The notes below the pieces were generated by a model. That model searched no databases. It worked only from the letters and a program-made list of their open reading frames with translations, and was not told the DNA's origin. DNA of 64,000 nt from Nitrospira sp. (GTDB taxonomy: Bacteria > Nitrospirota > Nitrospiria > Nitrospirales > Nitrospiraceae). The position numbers and the translations under genes were made by a program. Below, in pieces: positions 18,401 through 27,981 of this stretch. How positions within the stretch are numbered: the stretch's first letter is position 1; each line of letters starts with the position of its first letter. The stretch lies in the NCBI GenBank assembly GCA_047150005.1, contig AP038806.1:2368001-2432000 (forward strand), read 5' to 3'.

Positions 18401-20977
18401 CACGCGCCTTCGCTGAATCACGCCGTCACGGCTGCCGTACTTCGCAACGGGTATCGGGCCACCGCCACTCCTTCAAATCCGGACATCCTGTCGATCAACT
18501 TGTCTTCGGAACGCGTGCGCAGGTCCCTGGGATTAATCGACGGCATTCGCAACGGGCAGAAGCTTGGCGCCTTGCTCGGTTATCATCTGGAGCGGCGATT
18601 ACACGACGATGGCGTTGGATTAGATAAGTTCATCCTCGATCTGCGGAATGAATTCTCACTCAACGCCCAGAAGCTGAAGTCGACGCAAACGCCGAACACC
18701 CCGGTCGAATTCATTGAGGCGAACAACGTGGTGGACGGACTCGCGCTGATGAACTTCCTGGACAAGAATCAAAGCGATCCGGATCCGCTTGCCACGATTC
18801 TTCCCGGAGCGACGCCGGCGGAACGGACGCGCGTTGTGTCGTTCGCACGCGAGTTGTTCGACTTGGCGGACGGAGTGGCGGACGTGGCCGTGGCGGAGAG
18901 CGTGCACCAAGTGGTGATGGGCAACGCTGACCGAGCCGCGGCGACCATGAACGCATACGCGGGCGCGGACCTTGCGCCGGACCCCGAAGTGGTCCGCACG
19001 CCGCGCAGCGGATACACCCTGACCCATCGCGTCGCCATTCACCTGCGCTCCGGCGCGACCGCGACCCCTGGTGACAATCCGCGCAAGCAAGGCGAACCGG
19101 GCTTAAACGATTGGCTGGCAGATCACCTGCCTGCGCCTGACGACTTGGGCGTCGTCGTGCGTTACTCCGACCCGGCCGGAAACCCCGTCCGAGTCTTCGT
19201 CACACAGGCCGATCTGGGGCTCGATCCACTGGACCTGTTGTTCATTGTGAACGAGGCCGCGACTCAGACAGCCACGGCGCTCGAGGATCTGGTCCTGAGG
19301 TTTGTGACCGCACGGCCCGACGTACGCCCGCACACGCGCATCACACTCGCATTCACGGAGCCGGAGGCGGAGAAGATCACGTTGTTCGAGGCGACGCCGT
19401 TGTTGACCAGCTTGCGGGCACTCGTGCTGCGTTCGCGTCCGCTCCAGGCGACGGACGTGCAGCTGCCGGGGGAAGCCACCCTGTCCGACAGCGGGACGAT
19501 CCGCTTGGATTCGAGCCGGATTGACGCCCTGACACTGGCGCTGACCGCACTGCGAACACAAGCGACCACATTCCTCACGGCGGTTGAACCCGATGCAACC
19601 GGCGACATGCTTACGAATCTCGACGCACACCTGACGCAATTCGGCGGGCTATCGGCGACGTGCAATCTGTTCGGCGTGCCGCACGCCGGTTTCGCCATGA
19701 CGTGGCAGGACCGGGGTGACATTTATGCCGCGCTGATGAAGAAACTGAACACCTTGACGAAAGACTGGTCCGATCGCCTGGCTGCTTCCCGCGTGATCAC
19801 GACCGCACTGGCTGTTCCCGCCGCCGCGGATGCGCCGCAGTTTCGGGAAGCCGCGGTTCTGGTTTCGACCGCAGCCCTGCCGCTTGATCTCGCACCGGCG
19901 GCCATGTTGGCCGAAGTGGTGAACCGGCAAAACCTGTTCGAAGCACAGCTCACCGTTCTGCGAAACATCATCGCGGCGCAGCCCGGCACGCTGTTCGGGT
20001 TGCACCAGCAGATCGTGGCACAATTGCCGTTGACTGATTTCGATCCGGCGGAGTTCAGCCTGACGGATCACACCGGAGCCATGCAAACCATGCTGGACCA
20101 GTTCGTCACACGCACGCAAGCGATCGTCGCCGACGCCACGCGTCGCCTGGATGCGGCGGCGGCTGCCGTTGCCGCGTACAATACAACGGCCGACCCTTCC
20201 GAGAAAGTCAAACTGCTCGGCGAGGCTGGAAGAGCTCTCTTAGGCGACGATTTCCGTATGATTCCGAGCTTCACAACCACCACTGCCGCGGGATCGGAAT
20301 GGAAGAACGCGTTGGATGCCTCGAACAGTCTTCTCGCATACATCTCCACACGTCCGGAGAATCCCCTGCCGCTGCCGGTGGACGAATGGCTGCACGGTGT
20401 GGCGCGCGTGCGGGAGAAGATGTTTCACTTCGAAAACACTGTGGTACTCAGCGGAGCGTTCGGGCTGACCGAACCGACATTGAGACCGCTGCAGTTGCCT
20501 TTCCGCGCTGGTGAAAATTGGCTGGCTCTCGAATTCGATCCTGCAAACGAGGCCAACACGCTCGAGACGGAACGCTTGCTGTACACCGCCCACTACAGCG
20601 AGGTGTTTCACCCCGGCAACTTGCAATCCGGTCTGTTGGTGGACGAATGGACGGAAGTGATCCCGCAACAGGAGGAGGTCACAGGCCTGGCCTTCCACTT
20701 TGACCGACCCAACGCAGAGCCCCCACAAGTCTGGTTGTTGGCGACGCCGGCCGCCTTTACCGGATCTTGGCAGTGGAACGATATCGTGGCGTCCCTCAAT
20801 GAGGCTCTCGATGCGGCGCGCACACGTGCCGTGGAGCCTGAGGCGCTCGGCCAGCAGTTCGCCGCTCTGCTTCCCGCTGTCCTGACTGAAACATCGTGGT
20901 CGCCGATGACGATTTCCGCCGATATCCTGGCTCGTGCGGCCCGCACGTTCACGACAGTCACCATGAATAGGTTGTGA
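15497..20977 (+). CDS. Hypothetical protein, 1826 aa, with an N-terminal coiled coil
   Basis: Long ORF 6 bp after the upstream stop. Blocks FPVRIETRF…LWVRIYPDD, PQGTPTNNT, RIGRQPYGILP, YRLDAW, HAPSLNHAVTAAVLRNGY, GLLVDEWTEVIP. Confidence 0.85.
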   Translation: MSEFEQVRQQLNQARDRHAEAREERAAAGRRLQRLDAQIAQLERQAGDQNSNAVRQLGQLRGGRANAANALKDAETKFAGARESLDRFANDFFAFSDPTHFVERLDDGVPLLMFPVRIETRFVRSELWVRIYPDDCLIDTFETALSGTEVRAARRYYIESWKAGGIDDQERAAWRGLVGSVGSGRAAWILQQFAPLNPADKPAKARPEAIVLVIAADQPLPLPQNVIVDYWRAVWQARGDAALLDTAFQNLAGAPGSSVALAEQIVRDFVPDNIRAWTTSAETTPDVALLRFAPLSELDTKNLSWTEPPKVYLFPDRFIFIGQNSGQPALQMPFNPVVLPLTTGPDPTEAQQFVEDAGDLHIGEDIRWMTDFAAAEAKGLGLKVPLNSAQAASGFERVFVVGIRLSADAERNAADLQDLFTHHLYSRSGFAIVPQGTPTNNTEEATSPFNRTDDPDDSYDVFVKSATQFTSSTDPLRKADGQWLAEWLGLDPAVFQQVPNAGQKDQLEARAMNTALWPATWGYYFERLLHPVLDDAAIRQTRAFFLKYVSGRGPVPAVRIGRQPYGILPISPFRHLGWVKQLAGRKDADSVYIMRLYELLLKLDTIWRGLADKVKQIGTPGDPDPQDTLLNVLGLHPLCEEVHAVLGEPYNVSYNTVVLGLNGAPDTLKQTPDAAGGRLLRDLGYQGIGIPEILSRNYFGRPFQLHDILVDDRPASETALVRDYTPAPAPLNYVEWLLKKGRDSVDDIRREVGFTDGNTPNALLYLFLRQALLLAFERASRHVKRPFVSADLFASWKAPQTFIHVAASVNDQAVTSESPWAHLYLDFPQVTGRANYSLAQYLVDSIDTLSEADELRDLLTALERLVKTPTAALERLLREHFDLCHYRLDAWKTGLNHLQLSFMRMSNRADNAGSRRGIHIGAYGWLEGVKPQPRRMTPVRLEGALDQVFNTAPGQPQLMRDSSNGGFVHAPSLNHAVTAAVLRNGYRATATPSNPDILSINLSSERVRRSLGLIDGIRNGQKLGALLGYHLERRLHDDGVGLDKFILDLRNEFSLNAQKLKSTQTPNTPVEFIEANNVVDGLALMNFLDKNQSDPDPLATILPGATPAERTRVVSFARELFDLADGVADVAVAESVHQVVMGNADRAAATMNAYAGADLAPDPEVVRTPRSGYTLTHRVAIHLRSGATATPGDNPRKQGEPGLNDWLADHLPAPDDLGVVVRYSDPAGNPVRVFVTQADLGLDPLDLLFIVNEAATQTATALEDLVLRFVTARPDVRPHTRITLAFTEPEAEKITLFEATPLLTSLRALVLRSRPLQATDVQLPGEATLSDSGTIRLDSSRIDALTLALTALRTQATTFLTAVEPDATGDMLTNLDAHLTQFGGLSATCNLFGVPHAGFAMTWQDRGDIYAALMKKLNTLTKDWSDRLAASRVITTALAVPAAADAPQFREAAVLVSTAALPLDLAPAAMLAEVVNRQNLFEAQLTVLRNIIAAQPGTLFGLHQQIVAQLPLTDFDPAEFSLTDHTGAMQTMLDQFVTRTQAIVADATRRLDAAAAAVAAYNTTADPSEKVKLLGEAGRALLGDDFRMIPSFTTTTAAGSEWKNALDASNSLLAYISTRPENPLPLPVDEWLHGVARVREKMFHFENTVVLSGAFGLTEPTLRPLQLPFRAGENWLALEFDPANEANTLETERLLYTAHYSEVFHPGNLQSGLLVDEWTEVIPQQEEVTGLAFHFDRPNAEPPQVWLLATPAAFTGSWQWNDIVASLNEALDAARTRAVEPEALGQQFAALLPAVLTETSWSPMTISADILARAARTFTTVTMNRL

Positions 20978-20981
20978 CGTT

Positions 20982-22859
20982 ATGCCGTTGATCAAGGCAC
21001 TCTCCACGACTGCAGTGACCGATATGAAGGCCGCGGTGCTGGCTCGCGCCAACCCGTCGATCGTGACTTGGGAACGCACCGAAGGCCGCCCGCGCAATCG
21101 CACGAGCTTCGATCGCGCGTTGCGCGCCGAGATTCATGACGCCCTATGGATGCTCAGCCGGCAATGGCAGATGGGCGAGTTCAAGGGTGAAGACGCCGGG
21201 TCTCCCGCGCTGGCGAAAATTCATCTGGAATCGGCGCGTCCCCACAAATACAAACCTGACGGTCACGCAGTGGAGCCGTTCGACGAGACCATCCCGCTGG
21301 AGACGCAGGTAGAGCAGCTGCCGATCGCGTTTCGTCAGGGAGATCAGAAAGTCGCGCTGGATCTGCGGCTGGTGATGGGGCGCTACTGGTTGAAACTACT
21401 CGCCGCAGCCGGTGTCGGCGCGGGCGTGCGGGCCGACTTCCTGACCCGCTTCCCTATCGCACGGCCCAATCCCGACGCGGCCGCGGACGCGGCCGTATGC
21501 GCGCACCGCGAAGCGTGGCAACAATTCGCCGCAGTGTCCGGCGGCCGGGCGTTGGACGGCTACGAATTCTATAGCTTTCTTCAGGAGAGCAACTTCGCAC
21601 CGAATTGGACATCGATCACCGCGGGACCCGCCGCGCCGTTGAACACGGCGATGACTGCATTTAGAGCCTGGTACGAGCGGCAGTTCTATCAGCCGGAAGA
21701 TCCGCAACAGAAGGCTTGGCGCTCCGACTATCTCGAATACCAGTTCGCGTGCGCCGCACCGAAGTCCGACGGAGAAGAAGTGCTGGTAGCCGACGAGTAC
21801 TATCACGGCCACTTGGACTGGTACAACTTCGACTTCGATAAGTCTCAACGCACTCTGGGTGAACCGGCGGAAACTCCGCCGGCCGTGGTGACGTTCACCC
21901 GGACCTTTTGGCCGACCAACATCATTTTTAATGGCATGCCGCTGACCCGCTGGTGGGCCTTTGAAGATGGAAAAACCAATTTTGGCGCCATCAAACCCGG
22001 TACGACCGACCTGGCGAAGTTGTTGGTCATGGAATTCGGGTTGGCATACGCCAACGACTGGTTTTTGACCCCCTTCCGATTGCCTGCGGGAAGTCTGTCG
22101 CGCGTCAAGGGGTTGGCCGTCACGAACGTGTTCGGTGAACGGTTTTGGATCGACCCCGCAGGACAGGGGCTCGATGACCAATGGTCGACCTGGCGAATGT
22201 TTTCACTCAACGTAAAGGGAAACGAGCCTGCGGCAGCTGATCTCGCGCTCCTCCTGCCTGCGAGTACGGCGAAGATACAGGACGGCCCCGCACGTGAAGA
22301 AGTGGCGGTCATGCGTGACGAGATGGCGAATATGGTGTGGGGTATTGAGAAGACGATCACGCTTCCCCACGGGCGCCCCAAGCCCGGTTTCGAAGCGGCG
22401 TCTGAGACTCGAAATGTGTTCGAACGGCTGGCGGCAGTCAGCCCGACTCCCGAACCCGAGTATCGGGCCAACATTCGCTACTCGGTGATGAATTACGTAC
22501 CGGAGAATTGGATTCCATTCATTCCCGTGCATGACCCAGGCAGCAATCGGGAGATTCGTTTGCAACGCGCCGCGATGCTGCGTTTTCTCAAGGGCGATGA
22601 CCACCAGGCGCGTATCCGTCCGCGCACCGAACTCCTGCGGGAAGGGCTGGACGCCAAGCCGAAGCGGACTCCCTATTTCATCCACGAGGAAGAAGTGCCT
22701 CGGGCTGGTATCCTCGTGACGCAATCGTTTCAGAGGACGCGGTGGTACGGCGGACGCGCGTTCCAGTGGCTGGGAGTCCGCAAGACGACGGGTCGAGGGG
22801 AAGGCAGCAGCGGGCTGGCATTCGACCAGATTATCGACGTTCCTGAGAAGCCGAAGTGA
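20982..22859 (+). CDS. Hypothetical protein, 625 aa, last gene of the operon
   Basis: 4 bp after the upstream stop. Blocks DALWMLSRQWQMGEFKGEDAGSP, RWWAFEDG, EFGLAYANDWF, RDEMANMVWGIE, VPENWIPF, EEVPRAG. Confidence 0.85.
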   Translation: MPLIKALSTTAVTDMKAAVLARANPSIVTWERTEGRPRNRTSFDRALRAEIHDALWMLSRQWQMGEFKGEDAGSPALAKIHLESARPHKYKPDGHAVEPFDETIPLETQVEQLPIAFRQGDQKVALDLRLVMGRYWLKLLAAAGVGAGVRADFLTRFPIARPNPDAAADAAVCAHREAWQQFAAVSGGRALDGYEFYSFLQESNFAPNWTSITAGPAAPLNTAMTAFRAWYERQFYQPEDPQQKAWRSDYLEYQFACAAPKSDGEEVLVADEYYHGHLDWYNFDFDKSQRTLGEPAETPPAVVTFTRTFWPTNIIFNGMPLTRWWAFEDGKTNFGAIKPGTTDLAKLLVMEFGLAYANDWFLTPFRLPAGSLSRVKGLAVTNVFGERFWIDPAGQGLDDQWSTWRMFSLNVKGNEPAAADLALLLPASTAKIQDGPAREEVAVMRDEMANMVWGIEKTITLPHGRPKPGFEAASETRNVFERLAAVSPTPEPEYRANIRYSVMNYVPENWIPFIPVHDPGSNREIRLQRAAMLRFLKGDDHQARIRPRTELLREGLDAKPKRTPYFIHEEEVPRAGILVTQSFQRTRWYGGRAFQWLGVRKTTGRGEGSSGLAFDQIIDVPEKPK

Positions 22860-23258
22860 ACATGACTCATATCCAGGACGAGAGGGCCGACCCGCCCGTC
22901 ATAAATACATTTTTTGGTTGCAAAACCTCGTGTGATTGATATGATGTCCGATATTGACGGTCATCTAGACTGTATCGGGTGTTGTGATCTCCCCGCCTAT
23001 CCGGAAGGAGAAGACCGTCATCATGTTCTGGATTCGGACCTGAGTCGCAGGAACGAGCTCCAATCGCCATGCCGGATCAAAGGCTTCATCGCTACCTCTG
23101 CAGTCCTTCCCAATCCGATCCTCCCGTCAGCGCGTCATTCAACTGAATCTTACTTGGGTCTCGGTTTCAGTTGCGTGCCGGTTTGAGTCACGGGTGACAC
23201 CGTGACAGGGCATAGAGAGATGGAGCCATCCATCGCCCTTACAGGCAAGGAGGACATC

Positions 23259-23774
23259 ATGGGATTCCTGACAAGGATGCCGCTTTCGCGGAACAAAGGA
23301 GCCAAGCTTCACAGGCTGGAAATAGCCATCGCTCCACCGCATGAACGGGTTTCACGCATCGTCGCCGACCTCATGTGCGCGAGGGAGCAGGATGGACCGA
23401 CCGAAAAGACACGTGCACTGGAGGAGTTCTTAGATCTATGCGAATCGGATGAGGGAGTGCGCAGGGTCATGGAGCGCGAGCATCTGTCGCGAGTCGATTT
23501 GAGAGGGATTGCGGTCTACTTGATGGTACGGGGGCTGGCGGAGTGGGTCAAGGGCCACTGCGTGGCATTGTCCACCATCGCCCACGTTGAACCGCTCCTC
23601 TACTTTATTCTGGCGGAGAGACATGGCGTCGACCAACAGCACATGTTCGCTCATCTCCTGCAATATTGGGAGGGAAAGATTTCCTCGCGTGAGTTACTGG
23701 ATCACCTGCCGGCCGCTTCGTCACCTGATGCGACGGCTTCAGAGCTTCCCCATGCTGCACTACATGTGTGCTAA
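23259..23774 (+). CDS. Hypothetical protein
   Basis: Good RBS (AAGGAGG) before the ATG; helical-looking ORF; no family recognised. Confidence 0.55.
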   Translation: MGFLTRMPLSRNKGAKLHRLEIAIAPPHERVSRIVADLMCAREQDGPTEKTRALEEFLDLCESDEGVRRVMEREHLSRVDLRGIAVYLMVRGLAEWVKGHCVALSTIAHVEPLLYFILAERHGVDQQHMFAHLLQYWEGKISSRELLDHLPAASSPDATASELPHAALHVC

Positions 23775-23904
23775 GAGGTTGCGCGGTCGTCATAAACAAA
23801 CGGAAGCAGTCGAACCAATGGAAACGCAGAAACGTCAACAATGACAAGGATAACCGGGGCGACCGCTTGTATCACCAAGCATGAGTAAATTCATAGAGGT
23901 CGCA

Positions 23905-23949
23905 TTCGTAAACCACAGGTCGCTGGTTCGGTTCCGGCCGTCGGCTCCA
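23905..23949 (+). pseudogene. Second 3' half of tRNA-Thr(CGT), att-like fragment
   Basis: TTCGTAAACCACAGGTCGCTGGTTCGGTTCCGGCCGTCGGCTCCA. The downstream 23968-24017 also matches 457-506. Confidence 0.7.
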
Positions 23950-24953
23950 AACCACACCTCGTGCGTTCCGGCGGCTATTCGGGCGCAGACTTCCTCATTG
24001 AGCCGCTGGATAGATACATTAGTGAGGTCCTCTTTCTAGCGCCCAACCGATAACAGGTTGCTCCGTTCAATCCGGTTCGCGAGCTGCATCCTAGTAGCCC
24101 TAGTGCCATCCATCATCGCCTCAATCCACACAAAGAATCCAAAACCATCCAGATTGTATTAGTTTGGATGCCACAGCCACGGCCCTCCAGGAGGTAATTC
24201 CGCTTTTCTGGATCCTCACGCTCTGGAATTCCAGGCAAATTACTTATCTCGATTCTCACGATTGCTCGTTGTCCGTCTGGTGACATCTGGCATAAGCGTT
24301 GCGCTTGACCCTTCGCATGGACCGGCAACTGCACCAAAGGATGGATCACATGGAAATGGTGATAATTGGCTTATGTGCCCTGACGGTTGTAATTGTCCTT
24401 GTAGCCATGGCAGCGATCTGGGACGGATAAAGGAAGTACTGCCTCATCCGGTGCTCCTAGGACCGCATCGAGAAGGATTGAGCGGGACCGATACGTTGAG
24501 GGCAATCTTGATTGTGGCGCTTGCCTGGAAGACGGCATGCTATCGCCTAACAACAGCTTTCAGTTCTTAGCGCAGACACCGTAGAAATCACAATTGGACT
24601 TGCTGCAACAGTACAGACGCTGAGTGGGCGTAATATGGCCACATCACAATTCAGGTTCGTAGGATGATTGGCACTTAAGGCGAATGTTCTATCTGGAGGG
24701 TGTGGCAAACGTATTGTCCGATCAGTTCATCTTTCGTCATGCGAATAGAAGTATCGTCGATATGCAAACGTTGTGAAGCAATCTGGATGAAGCGATTCCC
24801 TTCACGTCGTGCAAGACAGTGGACATACGCTCCATAGGGTTGGGTGATCGTGCCACACTCATTGTCCGTACGACGAAACGACCCGCTACGCCATAGGCAC
24901 GAAGCTATGGCGAACGCATGGATTCATTCCCTGGACGAGCTTGGCCGGATATG

Positions 24954-25799
24954 CTAACGACTTCGTCGAACCGCGAGGATTGCGCACGTGAGGTGGTGTC
25001 GATCCGGCGTCACCGCCCACAGCCATGGATTCAACAGGCGGACATCGCAGACGGCGTCGCGAAGGGTTGGGTCCTTTTCAAGCACTGCGACGATGCGGTA
25101 CGGGTTCGTGCCAGTGAAGAAGTTCCGCGCCGCCACGAGCTTTCCCATTTCAGACTCCAGATCCGTTTCGGTCGTGTGGAGCAGTTGCGGGGCCGTTGTC
25201 GACGACACGATATCGGTGACCAATACACATCTCCCGCCGGGTCGGGTCAGTCTGACGAGATCGCAGAGGTGTTTGTCTCGGAGGGCCAGGGAGACGCGAG
25301 GCACCTCATCAGGCGCAAACCCGGCGTCTACAATCGCCTGCAACATCTGTGTCAGGACACCGAGCGATACCGTCACGTCAAATGGGCTGCCGGGAAGGTC
25401 GGTCTGGTGGATCGCCAGAGCGGAAATCACCTGGTCGGCGTCAGCCACCCCCGTCTGCACCTCTTCGAGCTGCTCGAGTACGCCGGTGAGATCCGTCGAT
25501 GGCATCACGCGGCAGGCGTCTCTCACCCGTGCGTCGGTACGAGTCAGCGCGGCCGTCACAGTACGGTCATCGATGTCCGCAAGAATGATCTCGCGATACT
25601 GCTCGGCAAGCTCGGGCAGCACAACGTCGTGCAGATGACCTGCTCCCAGGATGCACAACCGGCACAGGTCCGGCGGCAGCTGCCGGAGGATGGCCATCAC
25701 GTGAGATCGATGCGACGCCCATCGCGCCCACGCATCGGCCGCCTGCCGGTTGCTCTCGCTGACCCGCTCGATGAGCTGCGACCTCTTCACAACCGTCAC
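24954..25799 (-). CDS. Hypothetical protein, class I SAM-dependent methyltransferase-like fold
   Basis: LCILGAGHLHD (motif I-like), ILADID, FDVTVSLGVLTQ, LTRPGGRCVLVTD. Confidence 0.6.
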   Translation of the reverse strand: MTVVKRSQLIERVSESNRQAADAWARWASHRSHVMAILRQLPPDLCRLCILGAGHLHDVVLPELAEQYREIILADIDDRTVTAALTRTDARVRDACRVMPSTDLTGVLEQLEEVQTGVADADQVISALAIHQTDLPGSPFDVTVSLGVLTQMLQAIVDAGFAPDEVPRVSLALRDKHLCDLVRLTRPGGRCVLVTDIVSSTTAPQLLHTTETDLESEMGKLVAARNFFTGTNPYRIVAVLEKDPTLRDAVCDVRLLNPWLWAVTPDRHHLTCAILAVRRSR

Positions 25800-25826
25800 A
25801 ACGATACCACGAAAGGAGTGTAGCCA

Positions 25827-27977
25827 ATGCCACCCATTTCACGCTTCGACGAACGTATCGGGAAAGTATTCCTACCCGAGGCCGATGCCATCGATGCGGG
25901 GCAGGACTTTACGCCCAATCCCGAAGGGCCGGAATTGCCGTCGGGGATTCCGAGTCTGCCCGGAGAGCTCGAGCCACGCCTGCCCATCAAATGGCCTCCC
26001 CAGGAGTGGATCTTCCCGAAGTTCTGCTTGACCAAACTCAAGCCGGGGTGCTACTCGTTCGGCTTCACGCCGACCGGCACACCGATCTTCGGCACGCGCT
26101 ATCGGGGAACACTTCGGATCGAATCGGTCGGTCGCGGTATCCGCATGTCCGGAGACCTATACTCATATCGCCTCTTCGACGACATCGTCGTCAAGTGGCC
26201 GATTGAGAAGATCCGCGTGTTCGGCCCCATCCGCGATGCCAGTGTGGCCAGCGATGGTCCGGGAGGTGAGGCAGCCGACACGGGTGGTGTGATCCCCATC
26301 TATCCGCGGCGGAAATACCGCTCATACTTGAAAGGCACGAGCGCGCAGCTGCTCAAGATCGTGCCTCGGGGCACCGAATGCTCGTTCACGCTGAACTTCG
26401 ACGAGTTCGTCTACAACCATCCAGCGACTGGGTTCAGCGGTTCGTTCAATACCATGCCGACGCGATCAGTGCGATACGTGCTTCGCCATACGCCCACGCC
26501 GGACCTGTATTCCGGCGAAGCGTATGAAGGGACCACATTGATTGGGACTGTCTCGATTCGGTGGATCTCGGCCTCATTCCGGCGCGCGCATCTGCAGCTC
26601 AACACGCTGGAAGACGCCGTGTCGCCGCCTGCGTCGGTCGGCGGAACGACCTTCTCGACCATCTTCGCGGATGCAGGTTGGGATCTGTCGTTCACCGACG
26701 GTGGCACAGTGCCGCTGCCAGCGTCGCTGGCCGGCATCGATATCTTCAGCTGTTGGGCATTCGCCGATTACCACACGCTGATGACCAGCGTGCCGGGATA
26801 CAATGCTGCCGATCTCGACACGGTTTGGAGGGTGCACTTGGTCGCAGTGCCTGCGCAGCTCGGATGCAGCCGGGGCTGGATGTTCGATTCGTCGAGTGGC
26901 GCGGACCCGAACTCGGTGCCGCGGGAAGGGTCGGCCACTCATAGTCACGACGGATACCCGGCAGATGATTGCCTCGACGGGATGGGTGGCTCGCACTACG
27001 ATGGTGCGGCCGATCAACAGCAGCGCAACGTCCCTCGCGCCTTCCTGCGATCGGCGACACATGAAGTGGGTCATGCGTTCAACCAGATTCACCAACAATT
27101 CGAGTTAGGCAACGACAACTCGATCATGACGCCGACGCCTGGTGTCGCCACCGTGCTCGGCATCGGAGGCACGTTCCCCAATGACATCAATCTGGCCTTC
27201 AACAACACCGTGAAGAAGCATCTGCGGCATTTGCCTGATCCCGCCGTGCGACCGGGTGCCATGGACTTCTTCGGCAGCGCCATCGCGGCGCCGGAAGCGT
27301 CCGACGTGGCGTGGCCAGAGACGCTCGACCTGACGGTCACGCCTTCGTCCAATCAGGTTACGCTTGGCGAGCCGATCGATCTCAATTACACGCTGACCAA
27401 CAATGGCCAGTCTGCACTCCCGGTTCCCGTGACGCTCGATGTGGAGTCGTTGACGGTTCGCATCAACGTCACCGACCCGGCTGGCCGGATCACGTTCATG
27501 CGTCCCTACAACGTGTTGTCATGCCCGAAGATGGATTTGATCGATCTTGCCCCGGGCAGGTCGATCAGCCACAGCGCGCCGCTGTTCTGGGGACGCGAAG
27601 GATTCGCTTTCAGCGTTCCTGGCCGCCACGTCGTGGAGGTCATCGTCCTCTGGAACGTAGCTGGTGTGCCCGTGGCCGCGTCTGGTACACACGCGGTGTA
27701 TGTCGGTTATCCGGTTTCAAAGATGGACAATGACATGGCGGCTCTACTGCTAGATCCTGAAGTCGGGAAGGCCATCGTCACCAAACGTGCATGGGTGTTC
27801 GAGCGCGCGGCAGAGCGCATCAAACAGGCGACGAGCAAGGGTGGCAATCATGCCGCGGCACGGGCCATCTCCAAACTCGCAGTGCTGACGCCGCCGCGAC
27901 GGACGTCGATACGTGTCAGCGCCCCAAAACGAGCCGGTGGGGCGAAGTCAGGGCGCCGGAGACCACGGAAAGGGTGA
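25827..27977 (+). CDS. Metzincin-like zinc metalloprotease with C-terminal Ig-like domain
   Basis: HEVGHAFNQIH followed by the Met-turn NSIM; RBS AAGGAG; no signal peptide. Confidence 0.75.
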   Translation: MPPISRFDERIGKVFLPEADAIDAGQDFTPNPEGPELPSGIPSLPGELEPRLPIKWPPQEWIFPKFCLTKLKPGCYSFGFTPTGTPIFGTRYRGTLRIESVGRGIRMSGDLYSYRLFDDIVVKWPIEKIRVFGPIRDASVASDGPGGEAADTGGVIPIYPRRKYRSYLKGTSAQLLKIVPRGTECSFTLNFDEFVYNHPATGFSGSFNTMPTRSVRYVLRHTPTPDLYSGEAYEGTTLIGTVSIRWISASFRRAHLQLNTLEDAVSPPASVGGTTFSTIFADAGWDLSFTDGGTVPLPASLAGIDIFSCWAFADYHTLMTSVPGYNAADLDTVWRVHLVAVPAQLGCSRGWMFDSSSGADPNSVPREGSATHSHDGYPADDCLDGMGGSHYDGAADQQQRNVPRAFLRSATHEVGHAFNQIHQQFELGNDNSIMTPTPGVATVLGIGGTFPNDINLAFNNTVKKHLRHLPDPAVRPGAMDFFGSAIAAPEASDVAWPETLDLTVTPSSNQVTLGEPIDLNYTLTNNGQSALPVPVTLDVESLTVRINVTDPAGRITFMRPYNVLSCPKMDLIDLAPGRSISHSAPLFWGREGFAFSVPGRHVVEVIVLWNVAGVPVAASGTHAVYVGYPVSKMDNDMAALLLDPEVGKAIVTKRAWVFERAAERIKQATSKGGNHAAARAISKLAVLTPPRRTSIRVSAPKRAGGAKSGRRRPRKG

Positions 27978-27981
27978 GCGA

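Noticed and set aside
22914..23186. 90-aa ORF after the large operon
   Set aside because: Weak start, no RBS, no recognisable motifs.
24113..24570. Short ORFs on both strands in the AT-richer spacer
   Set aside because: No convincing start signals or family resemblance; probably eroded DNA.
24918..25823. 301-aa + strand ORF
   Set aside because: Fully antisense to the methyltransferase-like ORF, which has more protein-like motifs.
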